Shown here: in pieces, positions 10,941 through 26,379 of the stretch | Layout of the letters: each line of letters starts with the position of its first letter | How positions within the stretch are numbered: the stretch's first letter is position 1 | Origin: a virus | Lineage: Duplodnaviria; Heunggongvirae; Uroviricota; Caudoviricetes | Length of the DNA: 44,977 nt | Virus record (IMG/VR): IMGVR_UViG_2563366968_000003 | Strand: one strand, 5' to 3' | The notes under the pieces: model-generated | Told to the model about the DNA's origin: nothing | The model's database searches: none | What the model saw: the letters and a program-made list of their open reading frames with translations, nothing else | Translations under genes and position numbers: made by a program

Positions 10941-11344
10941 TTTCCCGCAGAAACAGGCTCTGCAGGCCCGGCGTCCTCTGTCTGTTCAGGGGTATTATTC
11001 ACAACAAACTCATACATACCAGACAGCCGGTACACCACGTTTTCAGCATGAGAAATTGCCTCCGTGGGCCAGGTGGTAAGCACTTCCTGCTCAATCTGTT
11101 TAACGGCTTCATTCATGGACGGCATCTGCGTCTTCTGCGGATGGTTATGCCACAGGGACATCGCCACCAGAAACGCGCCGGTTCTGATGGCGTCTTCCAC
11201 AGTAAACTTCCGGTTGCTGTCTGACTCCGCCTGTTCTGCCTGCCGTTTCATCAGGGCGAGATGCTCAATACGCTGCAGGGCTGACAGTTCAGAAAGCGTG
11301 ACGGTCACACCGTTATGTTCAAATGATTCGGTTTTCAGGAACAT
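10922..11344 (-). CDS. G: Tail assembly chaperone G
   Basis: 140 aa, lambda G length; precedes T. Confidence 0.85.
   Translation of the reverse strand: MFLKTESFEHNGVTVTLSELSALQRIEHLALMKRQAEQAESDSNRKFTVEDAIRTGAFLVAMSLWHNHPQKTQMPSMNEAVKQIEQEVLTTWPTEAISHAENVVYRLSGMYEFVVNNTPEQTEDAGPAEPVSAGKCSTVS
10940..10946 (-). promoter_or_regulatory. Programmed -1 ribosomal frameshift slippery site G GGA AAG (G to G-T)
   Basis: Minus strand reads TGCGGGAAAGTG at the G/T overlap; conserved mechanism in lambda-like tail chaperones. Confidence 0.7.
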
Positions 11345-11359
11345 CTCTGACTCTCCGGA

Positions 11360-12130
11360 TTAACTGGCGGTGACGGTGATTTCTGCAACCGCAGCAAACT
11401 CACCATTACCGGATACGACCGGAATGTTGACCTTACCTGCAGCAACGCCATTCACGGTGATGGTCATACCACTGACCGACACGGTGGCTTTTGTTTTATC
11501 CGCTGACACCGCACGGAAGCTCTTGTCGGTTGCGCCTTCCGGCTGGAATGCCACGGTCAGCGTGGTGCTCTTCCCTTTCACTACGGAAGCGCTGGCTGGC
11601 GTCACGGTCATACCGGTTGCCGCTGTTACCGTGCTGCGATCTTCTGCCATCGACGGACGTCCTACGTTGGTGACTTTCACCGTGCGGGTGATCACGTCCT
11701 TCGCCGTCACCGCCTTACCGATACTGCTGACCCAGCCGCGGAACACATCGACCGTGCCGTTCGGGAAGCGGATTTTATAGGCACGGGTATCACCTTCATT
11801 AAACCACGCCAGCAGCGCCTGCTGCCCCTGCTCTCCGGGCATCCACGCCAGCGTGAAGCTGGTATCTCCGGCAGATTTCTGCCCCTGTCCGGTCGCGGTC
11901 CAGTCCGCATCTTCATCATCGAGATAACTGTCGTCATAGGACTCAGCGGTCAGTTCGCCGGGCGTCAGGTCTTTAACCTTTGCCAGACGCGACCAGTCAT
12001 TGTCTGAAAGCGGGTTTGCATAAGGGTCGCCGCTCCCGTTATAAACCCACAGTGTGGTCCCGGCCCCTTTCACCGGTGCCAGAGGATTTGGTGTTGGCAT
12101 ATCGTCCTCACATTTCATAGGTAATGACAT
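11360..12130 (-). CDS. V: Major tail protein V (with C-terminal Ig-like domain)
   Basis: 256 aa; position and size as lambda V. Confidence 0.9.
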   Translation of the reverse strand: MSLPMKCEDDMPTPNPLAPVKGAGTTLWVYNGSGDPYANPLSDNDWSRLAKVKDLTPGELTAESYDDSYLDDEDADWTATGQGQKSAGDTSFTLAWMPGEQGQQALLAWFNEGDTRAYKIRFPNGTVDVFRGWVSSIGKAVTAKDVITRTVKVTNVGRPSMAEDRSTVTAATGMTVTPASASVVKGKSTTLTVAFQPEGATDKSFRAVSADKTKATVSVSGMTITVNGVAAGKVNIPVVSGNGEFAAVAEITVTAS

Positions 12131-12503
12131 AAGTCAGATCGGCTGAACTCCACAGGCCCGCATCATCGTCGCGCCGGTAGTCATAGCCACTGGCCACCAT
12201 ACTGGTGATCAAATCTGACAGTGCCGGGATATCGCTCATCACCGGATAAATCCGGGACTCCATCCACGAATCCAGCTCTGAATCCGGCACCTGAGCAGGC
12301 AGGAAAACTTCAATATGCAGCTCCGCCTGCCAGGTATCGCTGTCCAGCTCTTCGCCCGTGTATTCAGCGCCGGTGAGATAAACGGCAATTGCCGGAAAAT
12401 CTTCCTCATCAAAAACAGCGGGGCGACCATCAAAAAGCGTCGCCCCGGTGTCATGCTTCTCCAGTGCATCCAGTACGGCTGCACGGAGTTCAGTATGTTT
12501 CAT
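12108..12503 (-). CDS. U: Tail terminator protein U
   Basis: 131 aa, lambda U length and position. Confidence 0.85.
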   Translation of the reverse strand: MKHTELRAAVLDALEKHDTGATLFDGRPAVFDEEDFPAIAVYLTGAEYTGEELDSDTWQAELHIEVFLPAQVPDSELDSWMESRIYPVMSDIPALSDLITSMVASGYDYRRDDDAGLWSSADLTYVITYEM

Positions 12504-13078
12504 CGCTTTATTACCATTCTCAGTTGATGCTGCAGCGCATAGCCCAGCTCTTTCGGAAGACGCTCACGCCGTATCCGCTCAATATTCTGTTTAAACGCCG
12601 TGGTCAGCGGCACCGCCATCGGAATTTTCACCACATCAATGGGGTAACGGTTTTTCCCGGCCACACGCTGCATGACATGCCACCGGCCATTTTTCAGTTG
12701 CTGAATAAACGCGCCGGGAATACGACGGTTTCCCACCACAAGCACGCTGCCGCCACCTTTCAGGGATGAACGCTGCCCCTTTTTACGACGCCTGCGGCGG
12801 GACAGGACAACCCGCGCATTACCCAGCTTGATTACGGGCAAATCCCCCCGGTTAACCCTGATTCTGGCCTGCGGATTTTTGACCGTGGCCCTTTTCAGCC
12901 TGGCCCTTTCCTTTACCAGTTTCCGGCGTACCTTTGTCTCACGGGCAACCTGTGACGCCGACTGCGATATCGCGGATGAAGCAACGCGGTTAATGGCCAT
13001 TGCGGCGGCACCGGGCACCGCCGTTTTGCTGATACGGCTGAGGTTTTCAACGGCCTGCTCAAGACCTTTTATGGCCAT
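12500..13078 (-). CDS. Z: Tail completion protein Z
   Basis: 192 aa, lambda Z length and position. Confidence 0.85.
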   Translation of the reverse strand: MAIKGLEQAVENLSRISKTAVPGAAAMAINRVASSAISQSASQVARETKVRRKLVKERARLKRATVKNPQARIRVNRGDLPVIKLGNARVVLSRRRRRKKGQRSSLKGGGSVLVVGNRRIPGAFIQQLKNGRWHVMQRVAGKNRYPIDVVKIPMAVPLTTAFKQNIERIRRERLPKELGYALQHQLRMVIKR

Positions 13079-13089
13079 ACATCCCCCTT

Positions 13090-13443
13090 TCAGCGGCGAC
13101 GGTTAACGGCAGGCGGTACGCCCCGCCCAAGCCAGAGATGACAGCTTCCGCCATCATCCGGCGAAATCCGGTCTATCCAGAAGTTTTCCTCACCGATGGT
13201 CAGCGTGTCGCCGCGCCGCAGCTGCCGCACATCATCAGTCCGGACAAACAGGGACGGGCTGGAGCCTTCAACGCGTACGCCCTGTCCGGCATAGCTGATA
13301 TTTTCAGGGTCATCAAAAACACCACGTATTACTGCGCCGGACTGCTCACCGGATGTCATGGTGGCTGACGTTCCCATGTACCCGCGTATCGTTTCATCGG
13401 CGCGGGCAATGGCAGCATCGAACAGGTTATCGAAATCAGCCAC
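13090..13443 (-). CDS. FII: Head-tail joining protein FII
   Basis: 117 aa, lambda FII length and position. Confidence 0.85.
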   Translation of the reverse strand: MADFDNLFDAAIARADETIRGYMGTSATMTSGEQSGAVIRGVFDDPENISYAGQGVRVEGSSPSLFVRTDDVRQLRRGDTLTIGEENFWIDRISPDDGGSCHLWLGRGVPPAVNRRR

Positions 13444-13454
13444 AGCGCCTCCCG

Positions 13455-13889
13455 TTATTGCATTCTGGCCAGGCCACGTTCTGTCATTTCGGCTGCCACA
13501 CCGGCAGAGACACGAAACGCCGTTCCCGGCAGCACAAATGCCACAGCCTCATCCCGCGTGGCGTGAAGTGCATCGGTATGCAGCGTCACCAGTGCCACAA
13601 CCGTGACCAGAGCAGCCGTATCAGTCACGGAATCCGGCTGTGCTGATACCACCTCATTTTCATGTCCGGTCAGCGCATTTTCCGGGCTGACAGACGTGTC
13701 CTGACCGGCTGCGTCATCCGTGTCATCAAGCTCCTCTTCCAGCTCTGCCACACGGAGCGCCAGTTCTTCTTTCGTCCCCGTCAGGCTGACATCACGGTTC
13801 AGTTGCTCACCCAGCGACCGGAGACGGGCAATCAGTTCATCTTTCGTCATGGACTCCTCCACAGAGAGAAAATGGCCCCGAAGGGCCAT
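13455..13889 (-). CDS. FI: DNA packaging protein FI
   Basis: 144 aa acidic protein between E and FII. Confidence 0.8.
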   Translation of the reverse strand: MALRGHFLSVEESMTKDELIARLRSLGEQLNRDVSLTGTKEELALRVAELEEELDDTDDAAGQDTSVSPENALTGHENEVVSAQPDSVTDTAALVTVVALVTLHTDALHATRDEAVAFVLPGTAFRVSAGVAAEMTERGLARMQ

Positions 13890-13891
13890 GA

Positions 13892-14917
13892 TTACGCCAG
13901 TTGAACGGACACGAACTCATCAGGGTCAGCCAGCAGCATCAGCGGTGCTGACTGAATCATGGTGAACTCACGCGCCGGGTCGCCGGTGGTCACCCAGTTT
14001 TTCGGGTAACGGGCAGAGGCGTTAATGCCTTCGCGCTGTGCGTCCGCATCCTGAATGCAACCATAGGTGCGCAGACCGCGTGCCTGAGTGTTCCCCAGCA
14101 CCATCGTGTTGTCCGGCAGGAAGTTCTTTTTGACGCCGTTTTCCACGTACTGTCCGGAATACACGACGATGGCCACATCGCCATACATTCCCTTATAAGA
14201 CACCGCTTTACCCAGGTCTTTTACCGCTGTCTCCAGCTCGGAATGAGAGCCGCGACGGGTATCCAGCTTCTCCTTGACGGCCTTGAAGGAACGGAACAGC
14301 GCCCAGCCTTTCGGATCAAACACGATGATATTCACCACACCGCTGGCGTTCAGCGCGTAGGCTTCGATATCGTCGGTCGGGTCATACGTGGACTTGTCAC
14401 GCTTGCTCCACTCTGTGCCGCCGGACTGCGTGATGTTATTCGCCGCACTGCGGCCCATATCCACCTCAACCGGATCGAAGGCTTCACCGGTCATGGTGTA
14501 TTTGCCCTTAAGCACGGCAGAAACTGCCTGCATCTCTTCGACCTGGGCAATCGCCAGATTTTCATCCAGCATATTCTGCCGAATAATACGGCGACGACGG
14601 TAAGCCGGGTCAGCCAGGTTCTGCGGATCTTCATCCGGCAGGCGACGCAGGGTCATCTGCGGATTCACCTCATGCTTGGGTTTGACATAACCCGGCGTAA
14701 ATTCAGAGGTGGAGCCGCCACGGGATCGGATAACCTCACCGGAAACAATCGGCGAAACGTACAGCGCCATGTTTACCAGTCCCGGAATTTGTGAGAGATA
14801 GACTTTTTCCGTGGTGAAAGGATAGGTTTCACGGAAAAACAGGCGCAGAAACAGCGGATCGAACTTAAAGTGATGCTGGGTCGATGCCAGTAATTCTGCA
14901 GTTGTATATACAGACAT
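13892..14917 (-). CDS. E: Major capsid protein E
   Basis: 341 aa, lambda E length; N-terminus MSVYTTAELLA. Confidence 0.9.
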   Translation of the reverse strand: MSVYTTAELLASTQHHFKFDPLFLRLFFRETYPFTTEKVYLSQIPGLVNMALYVSPIVSGEVIRSRGGSTSEFTPGYVKPKHEVNPQMTLRRLPDEDPQNLADPAYRRRRIIRQNMLDENLAIAQVEEMQAVSAVLKGKYTMTGEAFDPVEVDMGRSAANNITQSGGTEWSKRDKSTYDPTDDIEAYALNASGVVNIIVFDPKGWALFRSFKAVKEKLDTRRGSHSELETAVKDLGKAVSYKGMYGDVAIVVYSGQYVENGVKKNFLPDNTMVLGNTQARGLRTYGCIQDADAQREGINASARYPKNWVTTGDPAREFTMIQSAPLMLLADPDEFVSVQLA

Positions 14918-14930
14918 AAATTATTTCCAT

Positions 14931-14953
14931 AAAAAAAGCCGCACAGGCGGCCT
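14931..14953 (-). other. Stable hairpin followed by T7 run in the D-E intergenic space
   Basis: Minus strand GGCCGCCTGTGCGGC followed by TTTTTTT. Confidence 0.4.
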
Positions 14954-14972
14954 TTGTTGATGAAGGGGAAGA

Positions 14973-15305
14973 TTAAACGATGCTGATTGCCGTTCCGGCA
15001 AACGCGGTCCGTTTTTTAGTCTCGTCGCTGGCAGCCTCCGGCCAGAGCACATCCTCATAACGAAACGAGCCGGACTTGTAGAACGTCAGTGTGGTGCTGG
15101 TCTGGTCAGCAGCAACCGACAGAATGCCAACGGCTGCACCGTCGGTGGTGCCATCCCACACAACCAGCTTACGGGTAGTGCCATCCAGCATCAGCGGGGT
15201 CATTGCAGGCGTTTTCGCACTCAATCCGCCAGGCGCAATTGCTGTATGAGCCGGATCACTGTTACCCAGCGGCTGGTAATGGTTAAACTCTTCTTTTGTC
15301 GCCAT
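14973..15305 (-). CDS. D: Head decoration protein D
   Basis: 110 aa, lambda D length; N-terminus [22 protein letters not shown]. Confidence 0.85.
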   Translation of the reverse strand: MATKEEFNHYQPLGNSDPAHTAIAPGGLSAKTPAMTPLMLDGTTRKLVVWDGTTDGAAVGILSVAADQTSTTLTFYKSGSFRYEDVLWPEAASDETKKRTAFAGTAISIV

Positions 15306-15314
15306 AACTGCCTC

Positions 15315-16626
15315 TTATACCGGTAAAGCTTCAGGTGTATTAAGTAATTCTTTATTGGTATCAGATGCCAGGTTACCTGCAGCCAGCGGTGCCGGTGTAC
15401 CCTGCATCAGACGATCCAGCGCAGTGTCACTGCGCGCCTGTGCACTCTGTGGTGCTGCAGCCAGAATGCGGCGGGCCGTTTCCACGGTCATTCCGGGGGT
15501 TTCTGCCAGAACGCGCGCCTGTTCTTCGCGTCCGTGAGCCTCCTCACAGTTGAGGATCCCCATAATGCGGCTGTTTTCTGCCGCAACCGCTGCGGTGATC
15601 TGCGCGTTCACGTCCGGCTGCGCCGCGCTGGCGTTTTCGCCCTCCGTCGCTGGCACCACGTCAGTAACGTCAGCCTGCGAAGCAGTGGCTGAAACAGTTG
15701 TTGATTGAGTCTCTTTGGTCATTCGTCCTCCTGAGAGACGGGATTTACGCGCATCCAGTGCATCACGCATGACGGTGATCGCATCGGTGCTGTTAACAAG
15801 TTCATCAGCCAGTCCGGCATCAATGGCCTCCTGACCGCTGTACACTGCAGCCTCGGTATCCAGCACAGCCTGCACAGACAGGCCGGTATATGCCGACACC
15901 TTCTGCGCAAACATCTGGCGGGTTGCGTCCATCCGGGACTGCAGTGTCTCCCGGACGTCATCCGGAAGATGGCTGTAGGGATTGCCATCCACCTTATGGC
16001 TGCCGCTGTAAATCAGCGTGATTTCCACACCCTGTTTCTCCAGGGCAGCACCGTAATTACTGTGAGCCATCATGACGCCGATGGAGCCTGTCCGGGCGGT
16101 CTGCGTGACCAGACGCCGGGAGGCGGCACTGGCAAGCAGCTGACCTGCACTGCAGTTCATGTCGTTGGCCAGCGCCCATACCGGTTTTATGTCACGCACA
16201 CGGGCGATGATGTCAGCGCAGTCAAATGCCCCCGCCACCATTCCGCCTGGCGTGTCCATATCGAGCAGAATGCCGTCCACCATCGGGTCGCTGGCAGCCT
16301 GTTGCAGACGGGCGATAATGCCGTTGTAACCGGTCATCCCCGAGTACGGCTGCAGCGCCCGCGTCCGGCTGACCAGCGTGCCGGACACCGGCAGCACGGC
16401 GATGCCGTTCATGACCTGATAACTGCGGGCCTGTCGTGGTCCGTCATCATCACCGGATAATGCCAGCGTCGCGAGTGCCTCCTGGGCAGTCAGGCTGTCG
16501 CCGGACACCGCATCCGTCAGGCGGCTGATCCCAAGCTGGCCTGCAAGCGCACAAAAGAAAACCCGCGCATAGGCGGGTTCAAGCATCAGCGGCTCATTAA
16601 AGGCCATGCTGGCAATATGCGGGAGA

Positions 16627-16646
<20 letters not shown>
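15315..16646 (-). CDS. C: Prohead protease / scaffold C (Nu3 made from an in-frame internal start); probable GTG start at 16646
   Basis: ORF contains VTAELRNLPHIASMAFNEPL matching recalled lambda C N-terminus; AGGAGG precedes the GTG; 20-nt overlap with B end as in lambda. Confidence 0.8.
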
Positions 16647-20327
<3,681 letters not shown>

Positions 20328-20353
<26 letters not shown>

Positions 20354-20873
20354 TCAGCAACCCCGGTATCAGTTCATCCAGCGCGGCTGCTTTGTTCATG
20401 GCTTTGATGATATCCCGTTTCAGGAAATCAATATGCCGGTTATCCAGCTCAGGAAAACGTCGCTGCACCGACAGAGGAATACCGTCGAGAATACTGGATA
20501 TTTCCCTTGCTATACGCGACAGCACGAAAGTACAGAATGCGGTTTCCACCACTTCAGCCGATTCTTTGGCATTTTTCAGTTCCTGCGCCGTCGCCTGAGC
20601 ACGAGTCAGGCGATGGCGCTCAAATTCAAGTGTTCCGGGGTGAAGATCTGCCTCGCTGGCCAGCCGTAATTCTTCAACCTCCCGGCGCAGCTTTTCGTTC
20701 TCAATTTCAGCATCCCTTTCGGCATACCATTTTATGACGGCGGCAGAGTCATAAAGCACCTCATTACCCTTGCCACCGCCTCGCAGAACGGGCATTCCCT
20801 GTTCCTGCCAGTTCTGAATGGTACGGATACTCGCACCGAAAATGTCAGCCAGCTGCTTTTTGTTGACTTCCAT
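20328..20873 (-). CDS. nu1: Terminase small subunit Nu1
   Basis: 181 aa MEVNKKQLADIFGASIRTIQNWQEQGMPVLRGGGKGNEVLY; lambda Nu1 length. Confidence 0.9.
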
Positions 20874-21050
20874 TGCTCATTCCACGGACAAAAACAGAGA
20901 AAGGAAACGACAGAGGCCAAAAAGCTCGCTTTCAGCACCTGTCGTTTCCTTTCTTTTCAGAGGGTATTTTAAATAAAAACATTAAGTTATGACGAAGAAG
21001 AACGGAAACGCCTTAAACCGGAAAATTTTCATAAATAGCGAAAACCCGCG

Positions 21051-21062
21051 AGGTCGCCGCCC
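21051..21062. other. cosN cohesive-end site (joined ends), flanked by terminase-binding cos sequences
   Basis: AGGTCGCCGCCC is the reverse complement of the lambda 12-nt cohesive end GGGCGGCGACCT; flanks match recalled lambda left and right genome ends. Confidence 0.75.
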
Positions 21063-21261
21063 CGTAACCTGTCGGATCACCGGAAAGGACCCGTAAAGTG
21101 ATAATGATTATCATCTACATATCACAACGTGCGTGGAGGCCATCAAACCACGTCAAATAATCAATTATGACGCAGGTATCGTATTAATTGATCTGCATCA
21201 ACTTAACGTAAAAACAACTTCAGACAATACAAATCAGCGACACTGAATACGGGGCAACCTC

Positions 21262-21495
21262 ATGTCAACGAAGAACAGAACCCGCAGAACAACAACCCGC
21301 AACATCCGCTTTCCTAACCAAATGATTGAACAAATTAACATCGCTCTTGAGCAAAAAGGGTCCGGGAATTTCTCAGCCTGGGTCATTGAAGCCTGCCGCC
21401 GGAGACTGTGCTCAGAAAAAAGAGTTTCTTCTGAAGCAAACAAAGAAAAGAGTGACATTACTGAATTGCTCAGAAAACAGGTCAGACCAGATTGA
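21262..21495 (+). CDS. Hypothetical small protein, possible ribbon-helix-helix fold; homologue of an ORF near the lambda right end
   Basis: 77-aa ORF; DNA 21234-21420 matches recalled lambda right-end sequence then diverges. Confidence 0.4.
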   Translation: MSTKNRTRRTTTRNIRFPNQMIEQINIALEQKGSGNFSAWVIEACRRRLCSEKRVSSEANKEKSDITELLRKQVRPD

Positions 21496-21552
21496 AGCAA
21501 TTTAGATAATCGTGCAGACTACGCCCCCTCATATCACATGGAAGGTTTATCT

Positions 21553-21963
21553 ATGGATCAGGTAGTCATTTTTAAACAAATATTTGATAAAGTTCGAAAC
21601 GATTTAAACTATCAATGGTTTTATTCTGAGCTAAAACGTCACAATGTCTCACATTACATTTACTATTTAGCCACAGAGAATGTTCATATTGTATTAAAAA
21701 ATGATAATACAGTGTTATTAAAGGGCCTAAAAAACATTGTGTCTGTCAAATTTTCAAAGGATAGGCATCTTATAGAAACGACCTCTAATAAGCTGAAATC
21801 CAGAGAGATCACATTTCAGGAATACAGAAGAAACCTTGCTAAAGCAGGAGTTTTTCGGTGGGTTACAAATATCCACGAACAAAAAAGATATTACTATACC
21901 TTTGATAATTCATTACTATTTACTGAAAGCATCCAGAAAACTACACAGATCTTACCACGCTAA
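21553..21963 (+). CDS. ydfO: YdfO-like hypothetical protein (DUF1398-type); start at 21538 or 21553
   Basis: Translation [40 protein letters not shown] is similar to the recalled lambda right-end ORF and to K-12 Qin ydfO. Confidence 0.6.
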
Positions 21964-22114
21964 ACCATAACGTCCGGCTTCTCTCACTCCTGAGCCGGAC
22001 TGCATTGGTTTAATAAAAACCATCAACAATTGTGATTTAGATATTCGGAACCATTCAAATATAACAAAACCCCGTAAAAACGAGGTTTATGGATAAATTT
22101 TATTATTGAATACA

Positions 22115-22291
22115 TCAGATTAAATTAATCTTGACATCATAGCTTTCAAGACCCGTCATTTTTTCCCGTGCGGTAAACTGAATACTGGTAACTTCTTTCC
22201 CGGTCTTTTTCTTAAGTTCAATAATTTTTTTTGTTATATATTCAGAAATATCTGCTTCTGCTTTTGTTTTTAAGTTTTCAATATTCATCAT
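22115..22291 (-). CDS. gnsB: GnsA/GnsB family small protein (58 aa), not in ORF track (<60 aa)
   Basis: Manual translation MMNIENLKTKAEADISEYITKKIIELKKKTGKEVTSIQFTAREKMTGLESYDVKINLI; AAGAGG ribosome-binding site upstream. Confidence 0.75.
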   Translation of the reverse strand: MMNIENLKTKAEADISEYITKKIIELKKKTGKEVTSIQFTAREKMTGLESYDVKINLI

Positions 22292-22322
22292 TTCCTCTTT
22301 TAGTCTGTTATGACTTTCCAGT

Positions 22323-23379
22323 GGCTTTGTTGAATAAATCAGATTTCGGGTAAGTCTCCCCCGTAGCGGGTTGTGTTTTCAGGCAATACGCACGCTTTCA
22401 GGTATACCTGCTTTCGTCATTTTGTTCAGCGCTCGTACCAGGGCCATAGCCTCCGCAACCTGACCATCGTAGTCACGCAGCGTCAGTGAACCCCCGAACA
22501 GCTGTTTTACCCGGTACATCGCCGTTTCCGCTATCGAGCGACGGTTGTAATCTGTTGTCCATTTCCACCGCGCATTACTCCCGGTCATTCGCTGATTAGC
22601 CACTGCACGGTTACGGTCTGCATATTCACCGGGCCAGTAACCCGCACCTTTTCGGGGAGGGATAAGCGCGCTGATTTTCTTACGCCGCAGTTCATCGTGA
22701 CATAGCCGGGTATCGTAAGCGCCATCGGCGGCGGCTGACCTGATTTTCCGGTGGGTTTGCCGGATTAACCCGGGGAAGGCCTCTGAGTCCGTAACGTTGT
22801 TCAGCGACAGGTCAGCGCAGATGATTTCATGTGTTTTACTGTCAACGGCGAGATGCAGCTTACGCCAGATACGGCGGCGTTCCTGGCCATGCTTTTTGAC
22901 TTTCCACTCGCCTTCACCGAAGACCTTCAGCCCGGTGGAATCAATTACCAGGTGTGCGATTTCACCCCGGGTGGGCGTTTTGAAACTGACATTAACCGAC
23001 TTTGCCCGCCTGCTGACACAGCTGTAATCCGGGCAGCGTAGCGGAACGTTCATCAGAGAAAAAATGGAATCAATAAAGCCCTGCGCAGCCCGCAGGGTCA
23101 GCCTGAATACGCGTTTAATGACCAGCACAGTAGTGATGGCAAGGTCAGAATAGCGCTGAGGTCTGCCTCGTGAAGAAGGTGTTGCTGACTCATACCAGGC
23201 CTGAATAGCTTCATCATCCAGCCAGAAAGTTATGGAGCCACGGTTGATGAGGGCTTTATTGTAGGTGGGCCAGTTGGTGATTTTGAACTTTTGCTTTGCC
23301 ACGGAACGGTCTGCGTTGTCGGGAAGATACGTGATCTGATCCTTCAACTCAGCAAAAGTTCGATTTATTCAACAAAGCC
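22323..23379 (-). mobile_element. IS903-group insertion sequence (IS5 family), 1057 bp, with 9-bp target duplication CTTTCCAGT at 22314-22322 and 23380-23388
   Basis: Terminal inverted repeats GGCTTTGTTGAATAAATC at both ends; identical 9-bp direct repeats flank the element. Confidence 0.85.
22379..23347 (-). CDS. IS903-type DDE transposase
   Basis: 322-aa ORF filling the element; C-terminus RRSIAETAMYRVKQLFGGSLTLRDY...AGIPESVRIA typical of the IS903 group. Confidence 0.8.
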   Translation of the reverse strand: MKDQITYLPDNADRSVAKQKFKITNWPTYNKALINRGSITFWLDDEAIQAWYESATPSSRGRPQRYSDLAITTVLVIKRVFRLTLRAAQGFIDSIFSLMNVPLRCPDYSCVSRRAKSVNVSFKTPTRGEIAHLVIDSTGLKVFGEGEWKVKKHGQERRRIWRKLHLAVDSKTHEIICADLSLNNVTDSEAFPGLIRQTHRKIRSAAADGAYDTRLCHDELRRKKISALIPPRKGAGYWPGEYADRNRAVANQRMTGSNARWKWTTDYNRRSIAETAMYRVKQLFGGSLTLRDYDGQVAEAMALVRALNKMTKAGIPESVRIA

Positions 23380-23525
23380 CTTTCCAGTTACACAGTAAGT
23401 CGATTATATGGTGCAAACGTGTAAAAGATAAGATGAAACATCGCAATAATCAACATACGATAGTCTAAATTTTACACAAACAGACAAAGAGAATTTTCCT
23501 GAATTATCAATGCAATAGCATCAAA

Positions 23526-23717
23526 TCAACTCAAGAGCCTTATTGCTGCTTCCAGAATTTCTTCTGAAGTAACATGTCGATCCGCGGCTACATAAATGAC
23601 TTTATGATCTCCGGTCAGAGATGGAAACCCTGCGGCCATTACAGTAAGGTGTGTTTTTTCGCCATTTGGATATTCACGCATGATGGTGTTAACTCCAGTC
23701 ATCGCTGGCACTACCAC
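23526..23717 (-). CDS. ynfN: YnfN-like small protein; start at 23717 or internal Met at 23681 (51 aa)
   Basis: Contains MREYPNGEKTHLTVMAAGFPSLTGDHKVIYVAADRHVTSEEILEAAIRLLS. Confidence 0.5.
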   Translation of the reverse strand: MVVPAMTGVNTIMREYPNGEKTHLTVMAAGFPSLTGDHKVIYVAADRHVTSEEILEAAIRLLS

Positions 23718-24028
23718 TGCTGGTTCAGAGTTAAAAAAAAACTATGATTTTTTTCATGATGTTACCGTAGTATGTGAGTATCCATCGAATAGACACCAAG
23801 CAAAAAAGCTCCCGAAGGAGCCTTCATTTTCACTTTTTTAAATCCAACGACAGACGGCTGGCATTTAAGTATTGTGAAATATTATCAAATGTAATCATCA
23901 TTGATTTACAAAAGATACATTTTGCCCCGAAAGGATTCATGTCAGAAACATCAAAAGATGATGTTCTATACTGGGAACCATGACAACACGGGCATCTAAA
24001 GTGAATATGGTTTGTAATATTGTCTACC

Positions 24029-24241
24029 TCAAAGCGCCACAACATGAACAGCGGCAGGACCTTTAGGTCCGTTCTCAATACCAAATTCAACTTCCTGATT
24101 CTCAGTTAATGTTTTGAAATCGTTGCTCTGAATTGCTGAGAAATGGACAAACACATCTTTGCTGCCATCTTTCGGCGTGATGAAACCAAAACCTTTTTCA
24201 GGGTTAAACCATTTCACTAAACCAGTCATTTTGTTAGACAT
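24029..24241 (-). CDS. cspI: Cold shock protein CspI-like (CspA family)
   Basis: 70 aa [38 protein letters not shown] with RNP motifs. Confidence 0.9.
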   Translation of the reverse strand: MSNKMTGLVKWFNPEKGFGFITPKDGSKDVFVHFSAIQSNDFKTLTENQEVEFGIENGPKGPAAVHVVAL

Positions 24242-24604
24242 AATTATTACCTTTTGAAGAAATTAGCCCTTGGGCAGAATGGTCCGAAAAAAAAATATCA
24301 GAGAGAAAAACCAACAAGGAAATCTCAAGAGGTACAAATAATAAAATTATAACAATGACTGCTTCAGATAAATTTGTAACAAACCAGAACACCATTAACG
24401 CATGATTAACCACCCATAGCAAGGATTACTTTTGTAAAGAAAAACACAGCAATGAAAGAATAGCTTTATTTATTAATAAAACGTGTCATTCTGATTAAGA
24501 CCTTTTATCTTACCCTTAAGATTTCAGGAATTTTGGCTCATGGAAGAGTCCTTTTTATTTAAATTTTACATTCCGCGATGTAAATGTTCCGATTTAATAT
24601 TACC

Positions 24605-25628
<1,024 letters not shown>

Positions 25629-25632
<4 letters not shown>

Positions 25633-25940
25633 AGATATTTATGATGAGGACGCTCGTGCTTATTGGCAGGATTTTCAATCTTAAAGGAGTACTGATGCTG
25701 CAGATAAGACTCAACTTTTTCTGACAATTTTTCTGCTACTTCCAGGAAGACTTGCCGGACGCTCCTTCTGGCTGCTGCCTCATAAAACTCCAGCGCAGCT
25801 CCTTCAACACGGTCCATGGCGACATCCAGGTCAAAAATTTCACCGTCAAAGCGTTCTTTGTCCTGTAAGGCTACAGTTACCGTAACTTTATTCTCAAAAT
25901 TACGGACTCCTTTCACAACCAGTTCATAGTCTTGAGTCAT
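25629..25940 (-). CDS. ydfR: YdfR-like protein of unknown function located between holin and endolysin
   Basis: 103-aa soluble acidic protein; no TM segments. Confidence 0.65.
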
Positions 25941-25944
25941 TGGA

Positions 25945-26160
25945 TTACTCTCCTCTCGCAGCCTTACGCCTGTCTTCTTTAATCTTGAAATAAAGATTTG
26001 TCAGATACGTCAGCAGGCCAAAAACCAGGCTACCCAGCACACCGATTGCAGCCCACTGTGACGGAGTTACTTTATCGAGTAACTGCAATGCCCAGAAACC
26101 AGCATTACCCGCCGATGTGCCATAGGCAACACCTGTTGTTAACTTATCCATTGATTTCAT
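25945..26160 (-). CDS. essQ: Holin (71 aa from MKSMDK; possible dual-start motif)
   Basis: Two hydrophobic helices, charged C-terminus [13 protein letters not shown]; GGTGAGGA ribosome-binding site before the Met at 26160. Confidence 0.8.
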   Translation of the reverse strand: MKSMDKLTTGVAYGTSAGNAGFWALQLLDKVTPSQWAAIGVLGSLVFGLLTYLTNLYFKIKEDRRKAARGE

Positions 26161-26379
26161 ATCCTCACCCCGATGTACACGGATGGTGCAATATGTTTGA
26201 AAAGATCGGAGTCTACGGGGTAGTTTTGACAGCACACGTTGTTCTCAACGGCGCTAAAAAAACATACACATTAAAAATGTGGGTAATTATTTTGAAAGAA
26301 AGTCATATATAAAATAATAATACGAGAAATGTTTTCATATTTAGTGTACTGTATACGGCCATTTATACAGGAAAAGCCT

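Noticed and set aside
21964-22114. Possible tRNA or sRNA in the ydfO-gnsB intergenic region
   Set aside because: No cloverleaf-compatible stems or conserved tRNA boxes seen by eye; AT-rich spacer only
24234-24422. 62-aa hydrophobic ORF upstream of cspI
   Set aside because: Lies in the long AT-rich 5' leader expected for a cold-shock gene; no ribosome-binding site; low-complexity translation
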